From positions 16,699,189 to 16,763,188 of the forward strand of contig CM119267.1 in NCBI GenBank assembly GCA_051294375.1: 64,000 nt of DNA, in the 5' to 3' direction. The DNA is from Paraspadella gotoi (Eukaryota; Animalia; Chaetognatha). Made by a program: the position numbers and the translations under genes. The notes beneath the pieces were generated by a model. It had not been told where the DNA came from. It made no database searches and saw nothing but the letters and a program-made list of their open reading frames with translations. Below, one piece after another: positions 27,690 through 42,773 of the stretch (position 1 is its first letter; every line of letters starts with the position of its first letter).

Positions 27690-28762
27690 AACAGGACCCA
27701 AAGATGAGTCCTTTCAAAAAGTCGAGAATCGAAAAAATGTCCCGGTCAAAGTTCGCGTTGGAACAGAGTGAGTGAGAACGAAGTGTTTTGGGAGGTGAGG
27801 GGAGCAGGAGGGGGAAGAGAATGTGGGTAGAATCGGGTAATAGTGAGAAGGGTGAGGAACATGGGAGGCGTGAGAATGGGAGCAGAAGCAGGGGTGGATC
27901 TGGGAGAGGAAAACGGATTGCGAAAGATGAATAAGGATGAATTAGGGTTTAAGGGATCGAATTATCTGAATATCTGACATAACTAAAAGGAGCAAGAAAA
28001 AAAAAGGAAGGAAAGAAAGAATCAAAAATCTTGGAGTGACGAGAAATCTGCTCACGAATTAAGCCGCAAATTTAAATAAAACGTCGAGATTGTCAGTCGT
28101 CTGAGTGACTTGAATGACAAATGGGTATCTTTGATGTCGTCTCTATTTGCCGTCTGTCTTCAGTCTGGTCGTCTCTCGTCAGCTGCTTCGTCTTCTCCTC
28201 TCGTCTCGTCTCTGCGGTCTGCTGCGCGCTCTCGTCGTCTCTCGTCTCCTCTCTGCTTCTCATCTCTGCTCCTTGGNNNNNNNNNNNNNNNNNNNNNNNN
28301 NTGTCTAAAAAGACCCAAAGATTGATCCTTTCAAAAAATCGAGAACGAAAAAATTCCCGGTCAAAGTTCGCGTTGAGAACAGAGTGAGAAGCGAAGTGTT
28401 GGGAGGTGAGGGGAGAGGAGGGGGGGAAGAGGAGTGGGTGAATCGGGTAAGTGAGAAGGGTGAGGAAACGGGAGGCGTGAGAATGGGGCAGAAGCAGGTG
28501 GGATCGGAGAGGAAAAGGATTGGAAAGATGAATAAGGGATGAATTAGGGTAAGGGATCGAATATCTGAATATCTGAATAACTAAAAAGCAAAAAAAAAAA
28601 AGGAAGGAAAGAAAGAATCAAAAATTCTTGAGTGACGAGAAATCTGTCTCAGAATTTAAGCCGCAAATTTTTAAATAAAAGCGTTCGGAGATTTTCAGTC
28701 GTCTGAGTGACTTGAATGACAAATGGGTATCTTTGTATTTCTCTCTATTTGCCGTCTGTCTC
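27690..28762. repeat. Direct duplication (~27690-28160 vs ~28306-28762) across a 25-N gap
   Basis: gacccaaagat…cccggtcaaagttcgcgttg…gtctgagtgacttgaatgacaaatgggtatctttg in both copies. Confidence 0.95.
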
Positions 28763-30597
28763 NNNNNNNNNNNNNNNNNNNNNNNNNNNNNNNNNNNNNN
28801 NNNNNNNNNNNNNNNNNNNNNNNNNNNNNNNNNNNNNNNNNNNNNNNNNNNNNNNNNNNNNNNNNNNNNNNNNNNNNNNNNNNNNNNNNNNNNNNNNNNN
28901 NNNNNNNCTCTCTCTCTCTCTCTCTTTTCTTCCCTCCGAGAATATCATCAAAGAAGTTTGTTCAATTCCTAAGGTTAGCTAAGGGGTTAAAAGAATCATG
29001 CGCAAACAGAATCTACGATGTTGATTAAAAGTGAGGTGGAGGAGGAGGAAGAAGAGGAGGAGAAAGAGGGGAAAGAGGAAGCGGAGGGGGAAGAGTCGTA
29101 CCAGGAGGGAAAAAGAGGAGGAGGGGGAAAAGAGAAAGATGAGGCGGAAATCGAAGACTACGCCAGAGAGGATTAACGACAACGACGACGACAACAACGA
29201 CGACAAACGAAGGACGAGAACGCCAGGTGGCGTAACGCGAGGAAAAGGCCGTTGATACTTAGTGATAATGAAGGGGATATAAAAAAAAAATCCGTAGTGG
29301 ACGATGAAGGAAAAATGAGGGAAGGNNNNNNNNNNNNNNNNNNNNNNNNNNNNNNNNNNNNNNNNNNNNNNNNNNNNNNNNNNNNNNNNNNNNNNNNNNN
29401 NNNNNNNNNNNNNNNNNNNNNNNNNNNNNNNNNNNNNNNNNNNNNNNNNNNNNNNNNNNNNNNNNNNNNNNNNNNNNNNNNNNNNNNNNNNNNNNNNNNN
29501 NNNNNNNNNNNNNNNNNNNNNNNNNNNNNNNNNNNNNNNNNNNNNNNNNNNNTGCGACAGCCATTAGCGTCTTCTCCCGAAAGAGAAGAGCTTCCTCTCT
29601 TTTCGGGGATGTCGCCTCTTGTCTTTTCTTTTTTTCTCCTAACTTATCTTCTCATCTCTTTTCTCTACTTTTCTCTTCTCTTCTCATCTCTTCTCTTCTC
29701 CTATATTCTCTTCTCTTCTTTTCTCTTCGTTTCTCCTCTCTTCTCTTCTTTGTACTTATATTGCACCCTCCACTCTTTCTCTCTTTTATTCTCTTTTTCT
29801 TTCTATCTTTCTTCTTCTCTTGCTCCTCTTACTTTTCTGTTCGACTATCTTTCTTTTCTAACACGTTCTTGACGATCCATTTTTTCGATCAACCATTCTC
29901 TCCTTTCCCTCTCTTTTTATCCAGACATATTTCCATTAACTAACTTCAATTATAATGTATAACCGCAACAAAAAGCAACGTTTAAAACTAGTAGCGTCTC
30001 TGACACTGATATGATGTCACAACTGCCGCAGTCATGTCACGACCGCTTTCTTATCACCCTTCCCCCTTCCTCCTTATCCTGTCACTACTCGNNNNNNNNN
30101 NNNNNNNNNNNNNNNNNNNNNNNNNNNNNNNNNNNNNNNNNNNNNNNNNNNNNNNNNNNNNNNNNNNNNNNNNNNNNNNNNNNNNNNNNNNNNNNNNNNN
30201 NNNNNNNNNNNNNNNNNNNNNNNNNNNNNNNNNNNNNNNNNNNNNNNNNNNNNNNNNNNNNNNNNNNNNNNNNNNNNNNNNNNNNNNNNNNNNNNNNNNN
30301 NNNNNNNNNNNNNNNNNNNNNNNNNNNNNNNNNNNNNNNNNNNNNNNNNNNNNNNNNNNNNNNNNNNNNNNNNNNNNNNNNNNNNNNNNNNNNNNNNNNN
30401 NNNNNNNNNNNNNNNNNNNNNNNNNNNNNNNNNNNNNNNNNNNNNNNNNNNNNNNNNNNNNNNNNNNNNNNNNNNNNNNNNNNNNNNNNNNNNNNNNNNN
30501 NNNNNNNNNNNNNNNNNNNNNNNNNNNNNNNNNNNNNNNNNNNNNNNNNNNNNNNNNNNNNNNNNNNNNNNNNNNNNNNNNNNNNNNNNNNNNNNNN

Positions 30598-30629
<32 letters not shown>

Positions 30630-32940
30630 AGAGAGGGTAAGGGAGTGAGTATGGAAAGGTAGAGTAAAGTAATGTAAAGTAAGTAAAATCACTGAGGGAG
30701 AGGAAACAGAGAGAGAAAATAATGGGAATAAAAGTTAAGGTAGTAAAATCGATGGAATATTCTAACGCGGAGTATTTTTGCGATTTCATTGGCGCTGATA
30801 TTAATTCAATCAGCGCTAGTTTTTTTATTGAGATATATACTATGTCACGATCGAGGGCGCACGCGATTCCAACCTGTTTTTCTCTTTTTACTTACTTTTT
30901 TTTTCATTCTGAACTGACTACCCCTACCAGCTACTTTCACTTTATTTTTTTCATTCTATTTTTTAAATATTTTCTTTAATTTCTTACCCAAATGACTTTC
31001 AGCTTTCTTCTCTTTCTTTTTTTTATAAACTTCTCTTTTCATATTCGATATATAAAGTATAATCTTAAATAAACACTTAACTTCTTTTTCTCATATTTTC
31101 CTAACATTTTCATCAGATTTCATTCTTCTCTTCCATTCCTCCACTCTCTTTCCTCTTCTCCTTTCCTCCCCTCCCTTTACNNNNNNNNNNNNNNNNNNNN
31201 NNNNNNNNNNNNNNNNNNNNNNNNNNNNNNNNNNNNNNNNNNNNNNNNNNNNNNNNNNNNNNNNNNNNNNNNNNNNNNNNNNNNNNNNNNNNNNNNNNNN
31301 NNNNNNNNNNNNNNNNNNNNNNNNNNNNNNNNNNNNNNNNNNNNNNNNNNNNNNNNNNNNNNNNNNNNNNNNNNNNNNNNNNNNNNNNNNNNNNNNNNNN
31401 NNNNNNNNNNNNNNNNNNNNNNNNNNNNNNNNNNNNNNNNNNNNNNNNNNNNNNNNNNNNNNNNNNNNNNNNNNNNNNNNNNNNNNNNNNNNNNNNNNNN
31501 NNNNNNNNNNNNNNNNNNNNNNNNNNNNNNNNNNNNNNNNNNNNNNNNNNNNNNNNNNNNNNNNNNNNNNNNNNNNNNNNNNNNNNNNNNNNNNNNNNNN
31601 NNNNNNNNNNNNNNNNNNNNNNNNNNNNNNNNNNNNNNNNNNNNNNNNNNNNNNNNNNNNNNNNNNNNNNNNNNNNNNNNNNNNNNNNNNNNNNNNNNNN
31701 NNNNNNNNNNNNNNNNNNNNNNNNNNNNNNNNNNNNNNNNNNNNNNNNNNNNNNNNNNNNNNNNNNNNNNNNNNNNNNNNNNNNNNNNNNNNNNNNACAA
31801 CACTGGTAAAGAATTGGGTAAAACTTCGATCCAGCCTCGTTTTCACTTTCGTCCTCACTCATCATTGTATCAACGCCTCCGCTGCCTCCGCCTCCGCCGC
31901 CGCCGCCGACGCCCCCGCCGCCTCTCGCCTTGTTGATCTAATTCTCTCCTATTTCCCTCGTCCCTCTTTGACTTTGTACGCCCTACGTTAAACGCGCATT
32001 TATTTTCTCTTCCAGCAACTGTTTGACGTAATTCGATTGCTCTCTCTCTCTCTCTCCCTCTCTNNNNNNNNNNNNNNNNNNNNNNNNNNNNNNNNNNNNN
32101 NNNNNNNNNNNNNNNNNNNNNNNNNNNNNNNNNNNNNNNNNNNNNNNNNNNNNNNNNNNNNNNNNNNNNNNNNNNNNNNNNNNNNNNNNNNNNNNNNNNN
32201 NNNNNNNNNNNNNNNNNNNNNNNNNNNNNCAAACGGCCGATTTCTATTATCGCCATTTTAGAAAATGCGATTGTTTTCGTAATACCCGGCATTAATCTCC
32301 CTCTGGAGGCCGAGTGGGAGGTTTGGTTGTTCTTTTTTCCGCCAGCCCTCTCCACATTCCCTCTACATGCCCTCGTCATCGTCATCATCATCATCATCGT
32401 CATCTCCTTCTTTCCATCTTGCTCTCCATCGTTTTTTGTCTACTTGAGGTGAGGTCGCGCCGCCGAGCGGAAAAAAAAACACGAAACGAATTTTCTCTCT
32501 TTTTCTCTCTCAGTGTCTTTTGTTTTCTTTTTTTTTTCCAAAATGGCCGCCGCCGTCGTCTTCTCTCGTCGTCGTGGACGTTATCGTCGACGACGAACGG
32601 AAATAGAGACGCGCCGTTGGGGGAAAAAACAAAAGATTAATGGAATTTCTCTCTTTCTTTTTTTTTCTTTTTGTGCCGAGACAAAAGCGGGCAGGAAATA
32701 CAGTCGGAACATCCCCTACAGCGGAACGAGGGTATTTCAATAATTTCCTCTCTTCAACACCCCCCCCTCTTATCGCTTGTTCTCAGGTAAGTTCGCCGTC
32801 AACGTCGATTAAAAATCTGAGTGGCGGAGAAAAAAATATGAATCTCTGCGTAGAAATGAAAAGAAAGAGAGGAAGAAAGAAAGAAAGAAAGAAAAAAAGA
32901 AACAAACAAAGAAACAAACAAAGAAAGAAAGAAAGAAAAA

Positions 32941-33028
<88 letters not shown>

Positions 33029-36000
33029 GAGAAAAACCAAAGACGAAGCGAGCGGAAGAAACACCTGTTAACGATGAGCCTTTATTCCATCTTCTTTTCC
33101 TTTCTCCTTTTTTTTTCCTTTCTATTTTTTTATTTATTTCACGTTTTCCATTCATTTTTTACGGCGAAATTATGACAGACATCGGAATTTTATGTCGTAA
33201 AACCGGAGAATAATTACTCGGGAGAATCCTAGCTTGCCGGGGGGGTGTGGGGGGGGAAGAATATAGGTGGCGATGACGATGGGAGGAGGAGGAGGAGGAG
33301 GAGGAGGGGGAGAAAGACGATTGGAAAATAACAACGAGAAATACATAATTTGTATTGAAATATTATAATCAAAATTATTAAATGGGGAATATATCGAGGA
33401 CGGATCTGGTTTCCTTTTCTTTTTCTCCTCTCTTTCTCTCTCTCTCTCTCTCTCNNNNNNNNNNNNNNNNNNNNNNNNNAGCGAGGAGAAGCTCATTCTT
33501 CGACGCCAGATCCGTTCTCTCTCTCTCTCTCGTCTCTCTCTCTCTCTCTCTCTCTCTTTCATCTTCTCTCTTCTCCTCCTTCTCTCTCATTCTTCCCCTC
33601 TACATTCTCTCTCACCTCTCGGCGTCCCTCCTCCTCCTCTCACTCTCTTCTCTCTTTCCATTCTCAGCAGCGAACTTGTCCTTCTCCTCTCGACTACTGG
33701 CGCCAAATCGAAACAGGCCCTCTTCGTACCCTCTCTGCTCCTCTCTCTCTCTCTTTCATACTTACAATCAATGTTAAAATAGAATACCTTTATACAGTTA
33801 AAATCTCTCCTTCCATTCTAATTACTTGCTTCACTACGTCAAGTATTTCTTATGCGCCTATTTCCACATCTTTTTCACCCATCTTTCAACGACGCGCAAA
33901 TCACAATAAGACTTATAGGCTGTTAAAATGTATTCAAAACGCGATTACTCGTCAACTTCTTTTTTTTTCAAACGACCGTCAGGCTTTCTTCTTCGCTTTC
34001 TTTTTTTCGAGTAAAATACGGCAGTGACAGACGTCTTTATTTGTGTACTGTATAAGTAAAGTGATCTTGTATATTTTCGGCAATTTTCGAGTTATTCACG
34101 AACTCTGTTAATATGCAGCAGCCTGTATTTATAGAAGTACAAATAGCTGAAACGAAACAAAATAGTCTTTAACTTCGACTTACAATATCACTTCATTATC
34201 TCTGTTGCTTTTTTTTCATTTTGTCTAACAAGTCTCGATAAAATAAATACATTATTACAATAACACTATCTCGAACACGCCCTTCACGTGCCACCGCGGC
34301 TAGTGAATTATCTTATAATCCAGGCTCTTCTCATACCAAACGTCTCCACCTTCGCTATCCTATTCCATATCTCCACCCTCACGACATCCCCACAGAAGAA
34401 AAGAAAGTTACAGAGCTATGCTCGACGTCTTGAAACTACCCGATGGTATTTATCCCTCACCATTTCCGCTCCGCCTTCAACGCGCACATTTAGCCCATCT
34501 ACTGGCCCGCTTTCCGCTCTTCCCGCCACCTCTGCCACTTGCCCCCGGCACTCTGCGCCAATATCATTATCTCGACTACGCGACGCCTTGAACTCTTTCC
34601 GTCCTTCCTCGCCCACTTTCCCTCCTGGGCACACTCTCTTTCGCAATGCCATCTATCCCACTTCCCCTCTTCCCCCTCCGAGGCCTTCCCCAGTTCCCCC
34701 TAGCCGCACGTAAATATTCGATCTTGAACTCCGGCCTCTCCTCCCTGCCCATTTCCCTTCTCCAACATCGTTGGCCCCGCTTGCTCAAACGGTCCTTCGG
34801 TTCCGGGTCATACCTATTCTTAACCAGGAGAGAAATTCTAAATGCGAATCCGTCTCGTTTTCCTCCTCCTCCTCCTCCTCCCCTTCTTTCCGCGCCCGCT
34901 GCTATTCTTCCTCGCTTCTCGCTCATCGAGACATGAGACTGTCCCGCTACTGCTCAGGTTCCTCGCCTGTCCCTTTCATATCTTAACCTCACGTGCCTGC
35001 GACATGTTTTCTTCCTCTCCCTCATGCGCCAATACTCGTAATCCTCCTCATCTCTTCTTTCCTCGCTCCTGTTAATGATTCTAGTATTGGCTCCTCCTCT
35101 CCGCCTCCGCGTCTTGGACTGTTCCTTGGCTTGTTTGACTCCACCCGCTCCCCTTTCCTCCCGTGCCTAACCACCTCCTCTGTCCGCGCCTCTACCCGAG
35201 CGGTGTGTGGGGGAGCGAGAAAGCGGTGAGGTCGTCAGCGACCACTAACACGTTGTGAGAGAAAAGCGCCGTCCTGGAAATCCGATTATTGGGGAAAAAG
35301 GCAGTCGGGTAAGGTTTCATGACCACGTGACCGTGAAGTGACAGGAGTTACCTACGTGCGCCAATGAGGTAATGCCAAAAAAAGTTTTTTAAAAGTGAAG
35401 TGAGTTGAAGAAATGATGACAGTTTAAATGCTATATAGATTATTTGTATGTTGACATTAAGAATACGCAAAAAAGACATGACAAAAAAGAAGAAAGAAAA
35501 GAAAGAAAGCAAAGAAGAAAGATAGAAAGAATTGGTAAAAGATAATAGATAGTAAAGTATAAGGATAAGAATTAGTAAAGAAAGAAAAAAAAAGTAAAGA
35601 ATATGTTCATAAGATCTCTTCCCCACGACATCCAATCACGTTATAAGAAAAAAATACTGTCTCGCCAGCGTTTGTCGTACGCCGTCGATATGACCGGGAG
35701 CCTCAAAACCAGCAATCACCACTGCGTTTGCCAAGGTAAAAAATCTCGCGTGGGTGAGCACTCATGAGTCCATTGCCAAGAGTACTTTGGCTGGCGGAGG
35801 CCGAAGAGAAAAGGATGGCGGGCGAGAGCTCATGCAGCGTAGTAGCACTGTAAAATAGCAGAGAATAGGGCCCAGAGAGACTTGGAGATCAGGTAAGAAG
35901 ACAAGAAGAGAAACGTTCAAATCTTCTCGAGGAATAATTTTTTTTAAAATCTTTCACAAGAAAGTTAAAACCAGTAAAAAGACCAGTCACTTAAGCAAAA

Positions 36001-36895
36001 ACAACGCGCCACTATTAATAACTTATATTAACCAGAGCGGTCTATAAAGATATTTTTAAAAATTAATAAATGAAAAAATATTTTTTATAAAAAAAAGAAA
36101 TCAAATGTAGTCAAAAAATTTTATTAATAATCGGAACAGGTAGTTAAATAGAAGAGAAAAAATGATTATTTAAACACTATGAGTGTTTCACAAAACCTAA
36201 ACGGGAAATCAATTTTTATCATGGAAAGATTATATATATAAAATAAAAAAACAATTGTTTAATCAAGCTAATAAAGCCTGAAAGTAAAAGAAGCCGAGAA
36301 ACCAATGAATCTGTTCTAATACTTTAAAAGTGGAGGAAAAAGAAAATTCTACACTAAATATAATATACAAACAAAAAGAAGATATATATAGGCAATGACT
36401 AGAAAAACTATAAAATAAAAAAAAGGTTGTCATTAATGGTTGTAGAAAAGAGACTCCTTGTCAATTCAAAGAATTGAGCTACACAAAACCAATATACCGC
36501 TGCTAATATGCTAGCTAATCACACGAGAGTATCAGACAGAAATGTTGCGTGAAAACGTTAGTTTTTCTCGTCTTGAGACCAGATATATGCTTATAACAGG
36601 AAGGGTCTCTCAGCACTAGAGCGGCATCGGAGAAAAAATTGCCTTTTTTTGTCACACAATTCATAAACGTCCGTACACGGCTATTTATATGAGCAAACAA
36701 TATGCGAGGAGAACGAGAGTATAGCCACAGGCGTTGGAGGACGCGCTAACCCTGGGACGTTTGAAAAGCAAAGAAAAACTGCTCCTGCAATTTCCGTTGT
36801 TCTTACCACATAAATCAGATATCTATACAAATTCTGAGCCACACTTATTTGGACTCCCATTTTAGTCTCATTATACTTATAACACATAACTATGC

Positions 36896-37070
36896 ATGAA
36901 GATCGCATATAGCCTTCAAGCTTCAGAATTGCCCGGGAGCTGTCCTGTTCATTGCGATTGTCGTGAAATAAACACCGAGGAGATATCTCGTTTTTGTGAA
37001 AGAAAATCTGGCGGGCAGAATATTACAAAAGTTGAATTCTCCACAGACTATCACGTAGCAGTTATTCACA
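36896..37070 (+). CDS. Candidate exon, weakly PARP14/PARP10-type RRM-like
   Basis: INTEEISRFCERKSGGQNITKVEFSTDYHVAVIH followed by |gtaaat. Resembles the 'F-E-x-K/R-S-G-G…V..VE…A.V.F' pattern by eye only. Confidence 0.25.
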
Positions 37071-40000
37071 GTAAATATACATATTTTTTTTAATATACTT
37101 ATAATACTCTACTTCGAGAGGATATTTCCGGTAAGAGTTGATCGCCGAATAATCCAAACAAGACACCAAAAATTCACATTTCGCTAGAATGCAGTATCAA
37201 GCGCATGATTTTGTAATATTCCAAGGCTTGGGTTCGTAGAAGTTGTGTTCATACTGACTCCTGAGTTTATATTATAAATTCTATATTAGTCTGACAAGAA
37301 ACGCTATATAACGAACATATGTCCTTCCTTCTATATTCCTATATTAGACAATGTATAAATATATCTTTTATATAATCAGTTCACAATAAAGTTTCTAAAA
37401 TGCTTTTTAGTTAAAATTCATTTATTTCCCAAGAAAAATTTTCTTTTAATATCGATAAAATATAAATTGGGTGGCTCTTTTTAAAGAGATAGCATGAAAT
37501 AGTGGCGATATTGGATATGACAATCAGGAACTGTTGTAACTAATCATTCCGAAAAGGTAAGGATATATAATATTATATGTTTATGAGAGACAAAGAGAAA
37601 TTCTTTTATTTCAAGACTTCGCGGATTCATTCTGCTCTTTCTAATTCAGGAGGGCACCCCTTCCAAACTGTAGTCTTATCAAATATGAAAAGTATGTCCT
37701 GTCGATCGAGAGTTGTTTCCCAGGAAAATTACTCTAGTTGGGAGCGCTACTAAAAGATACGAATAAAAAAATTATGGCAAAGGTTCAAACAAAGAGGATC
37801 TAAATCAATAACGCCATTCTGCAGAAATTATCTGACGCGCATTATTAGTGCAAAAAGACACTTGTACTCTCAAAAGACTTGAAATTTCACCTGAGATCGT
37901 GAATCAGTCGCTTATGAGTGTGCGCCATCTATATGTTTTTTGAGCGTGATTCTTTTTAAATTTCATTTAATATCACGGGCACAAAACTTCTAAGAAAAGA
38001 AAATAACATTCCCTGATGTTGTGGCGACTTTATTTTCATCGAACCCACCCCTGGCGCCATCTTCAGTTTCTCCATCTTCTACTCTGACCGCGCTGTCATC
38101 ACCAAGGCGACGACCGAAACGAAAATTGATTGATATGAGACGGACGCATGGCGCCGAGCGACGCCGCTACGATCGACCTATTCTTCGTCTCGTCGTGCGG
38201 ACATAGTCCCAAGTGCTAGAAGTCCGATAGTCGAGAATACGGACGTACAGTTATCCTTCCCGATCTCCCGCGTTACACTTTCCAATCATCCTCCGCATTC
38301 TCAACCCCGCCGGTATAACTCACGGGCGAAGGTATAATTCTGGCTTTCACATCTCATTGGCCGCGAGAAAAGAAGAAAAAAGTTAAAGTTATCGCCATAC
38401 GACTCACCAATACGCCGCACAAAAACACACATGAATATTTTGTAGTTTTGGTGTCTCCAAATTTGATTAAAATATTATTATTTGGAACACATAGAAATCA
38501 TGTTTATCCGCGCAATCCCTGAATTCCGCTTAAATCTATTTTTTGTAAAAAACTTTAAAACCCGTTCCGTCCACATCAACCGTATACTGTAAACTATTTT
38601 TAACACGCATAATAAATTGAAGATTATTTAGTCTGATTTCCGCCAATTATCACATCTTCTCTGTAACTATTCTCCATCTCTCTAAGGTCTCTGTGCGATC
38701 AACGGTCGGACGCCTTTTTATCCAAAAGCAGTCAGCATAATTCAACAAAAGTCCAATCTATCAACGTAGTATCTTGTATTCGCCCAACGCCCTGGCGCTC
38801 GAGGATTGCGGGGAGAAAACCGAGGAACTTCCGGTGGAAGCACCAGCAGAAGCGGAAAATTAAAAGCCGAAAGAAGTTTGTATCGCAAGACTCGAACCAG
38901 CGAACCAGAAAACCACAAACTTCTTTTCTCTCCTCTACATGGATCTCCTCTGCTCGACAGCGAAAGCTCTACTTTTTTAATATGTCGTCAACTGGGAGGA
39001 AGACAACCAAAGTCGCTGTTTTTGAGTTTCGTCGCGTAGTCGTCGTATCGTCGTCGTTGTCCGAAATTGTATGGATTAAGCAATATGCGATCGTTCCGGA
39101 CCGGTAGCGGCACGGCGCGACAAATCGGTTACCTCTCTCTCAGAGTCTCTTGTACTCCGAGTCTCGTTCCGTCACGGTCTCTCTCTCTCTCTCTCTCTCT
39201 CTTTCGAGCTCGTTCAACTCCTCGTACCTTCTTCTCTCTCATCCTCGCTTTGTCTCACGTCTCTCTCCGGTCTCTTCAGCGCTCTCTGCTCGTCCGAGGG
39301 GGTCGCGTCTCTCTCTAGCCTTGCCACGAGAGTTCCCGCGACTCGGTCTCTGGGTTAGACCTCCCACAACGGTGCGCAATCCTGGCAATGGGTTCCCGTT
39401 ACTCGTTCTTCCATGTCATGAGCAAATGAAGGGGGAAAAAAAAAACTGAATAACGTTTATTCAAGTTTTCCGGACAGCGAGTGAAAAATGTGGCGCTGGT
39501 CCGGTAAACGACGAATACTTGGTCCGCCAAACGTCGTGTGCGTCATCGCGAACTGGATAAAACCTGGTTGGATTCCCGGTGGGTATCGTGTCGAGAGATT
39601 TAACCAGGATATATTTTCGCAATCCGAATTTTTAAAAAAAACATGCACATTCTGAATCCAACTCGTCCCCTGGACTTTCGCGGATATAAAGACGACTTTG
39701 GTTCATTTCCTTTTTTATACCGCTACTCACTAACTATTTCTCTGTTTCTGTTCGTCTTTCTCTCTATCAATCTCTCTAACTCGTCTTACTCTTCGTCTTC
39801 CCTATTTTTCCGGAATGAAAGAATAACGCTGGAGAAAGCTGGAGAAATTTTGACTCCGAAATGCTGTAGTTAGATACAATATAATTTGCGACGAATATGC
39901 TAATGATTTGGTTTGTGTCTTCCCCTTCTTCCTGGAAAGGCAGCGTAATAAATATAGCAGTGAAGGCGCGAACTTCAGTAAAAAAGGCGGTTTTTTGTAT

Positions 40001-42737
40001 ATGTTTTTGGTTGCTAAAATTACAGCAGAGAAAATAGATTGTTATGATGGTTCGCTAGCTCGTCTCTTGTACTTCTATGTTGTGATGATGCTATTTGGCG
40101 TTGATGTAAGCCATAGAGAACCGGCGTATAATACGGTCCAGGAAATGGAACAGAGGTAAGTTTTGATTGAATGCCCGTAATGGGAATTTCAGAGCTTTAT
40201 AGAGGGGCAGTTTATGCACGGCAAGAGAGTAGAGATGAGATGCGAGAGAGAGAAGTAGGAGAGAAGAGGAGAGAGAGGAGAGAGAGAGAAGAGGAGAGAA
40301 GAGAGGAGAGAGAGATGAGAGAAAGTGTATAAGTAATATCGTGCAAAGCAATGAGAGAGAGTTTTCAATTCCGTATTAAACTTCATGTCTTTCTTACCCT
40401 AATATCCTAAATTGTTAACATCTTCATCTCATGGCTCGTTCCTTCCTGCATTTCTCTCGTCAACTATCTTCCCTTTCACTTACTTCTATAGTTTAAGCAA
40501 ACGAAAGAAAAAAAAGTGATTGTGATTGTCGATGCGTGCGGTTTATGTTTTCTTTCCTCTCTGTGGTCTATATCTCCGCTCTCTCTTCTTTTCTAAATCC
40601 AAATCTTAATATTATTATCATATTTTCAAAGAAACACGAGAACGTCAGTCAAAGTGATGACCATGAATTAATACAAGTCCTTCCCGGTACGCTAAAGTGT
40701 TTCCATGGATCTCTAGCAATTTTTTCTAATTTACATTTGGACATCGGACCCGTACCATTTACTGTACTTATGAAATTGGTAACAACCAAGTATAGAATCA
40801 CTAATTTTGCGAGCAATTAGATTATGTTTTCTGTTGTCTCTATGAATAACGGCAGATGGCATCCGAGCCCCCATGACCTATGGAGAGAAGCATAATTCAC
40901 ATTAAAAATTCGAGGTCTTTCCTCGCGACTGTCTGACTTTTTTACAATAGAATGAAAAATAGAGCATAGGCGCTGGACCGGCTCTGCAAGCTTCAAGCGG
41001 CAGAGACGTCTTCGCACAACATGCTCTCCATTAATCACACAACCAGAGTAGATAGTAAAGTCATTTCTATTTTCTTGGATGCTAAGGAGATAAATACCCT
41101 AGAGTACGCTTTAATGCTTGCCACTATACAAGTAAACGGAAGTGGGGACGTGAGGGATATTAAAAGATGAGTTTCCAATATGGAGTGAAAAGAAAACTTC
41201 CTTAAGGCATTCAGATACGCGTGGTCTACCCAGAGGCCCGAGGTAGGAAAGGAGATACCATACGAACAAACACCCTAGCAATAAAACAAAGTACAAGATC
41301 TGATTTTTATGACAAAGGTAGTCGAACAGTAGACCAGTATAAGGAAAAAGTTCAAATACCACTACCTCATGCTAAATAGAATATGATGCCTCAACAAGCC
41401 GCCCAGGCGCTACCAAAGCAAATATTAGCAGAGCTTCAAGCAAGAGAGTTGTACGGACAGCGGCTCCATCGCGAGGTAAGTACCCCACTACCAAAGACAA
41501 GTTAGTGCTATTATGAACAGCGTATACCACTTCTGCTGTATTCCTTCACACGAGAATCAGATCTACGAAGTCAGCGCCATAGCGTTCTAGGGATCGAGAC
41601 GCGAGTGAAGAAAGAAAAGTTTTGGGAGCACAATGAAAGTAAACTGTACCGCAAAAATAGCAGACGCAGGAGCACTATGAGCCACAAGTCTCCTAGATGA
41701 ATGTACAAAGAGAGACGCGTGCAGGAAGAATGAAGAGAGTTGAATAAAAGGCAGATCGAGCGGGCATAAGAAACAAATTAACACAAAGTAATAGGTTTGT
41801 GTAAAAATAACAGAAATAAAGCTTGGTGTCCAATGGGTCATCTTTGCGAAGGAAAATTACTAAAAAGTTTCGAACACCGATTGGCGGCCACCATGTAGGC
41901 CTTTGGCTAGCTATTAATATCGTCTAATAATTAAACAGGAATTACTGTTCAACATTTAAGATACTAAACATTACAGGACGGAAACAGTTGTAAGGACACG
42001 ATTTAAAAAATCTAGTGTGTTTAAGGGAGCAATCCGGAACCGTAAAAGTAAGGAAACAACAATGATGTAAATGTTCTAGAGGCCTCCCTCCGTGGTAATC
42101 CGCAAAAGAGTGAATGAGGGGGCATTTTGACGGAGTTAGAGAATCTACATCAATTTCATTACTAAGAATGTCCTCGAAAAAGTGAATTGTTTTTGAATGA
42201 TGTGTTTCTAGCCTGAGCTCCCTTTGGGGTCTTGGAAAAGAAATGATTTTGTTTTTGGAGGAGGATTCTCCGTGGCTGCACAATCTATACGAGAGGAAGA
42301 GAGAGAGAGAGAGAGGAGACGAGAGTATGACAGAAGTAGTGAAATAGATAGACGACGAGCGAGAGAGCGTAGAGAGAGAGAGAGGATGATAGAGAATGTG
42401 ATGGTTCGGTGTTGGGGGGGGGAAAAATCACCTGAGCACTGAACGGTGGCGGGGATCCTACATGGAGATCGAAATAAGAAGTGAGAAGAGAAGAGAGATA
42501 TAGTAGGAAAGAAGAGAGAACGAGAAGAAAAATCACCAGAGAGCTGAACGATGTCATGGAATCACAAGAGGTGCGCAGATTAGAGGAGAGGAGACGAGAG
42601 TGAGAGTTGAAGAGAGAGGGAGAAGAGAGAGAGAGGGAATATCGAGAGGCAGACGGCGAGCTGGAGCACGCGTCTGCTGAGGAGAACAAGGAGACGGGGG
42701 TGGGGTTCAGAGAGGGAGGAGAGAAGAGAGAACGGAC

Positions 42738-42773
<36 letters not shown>

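Noticed and set aside
34288-35240. GC-rich block with GKRGSGIDGIAKE on minus, resembling LINE RT 'K.PG.DG'
   Set aside because: I could not find the following RT motifs in order. It may be a TE remnant but cannot be supported.
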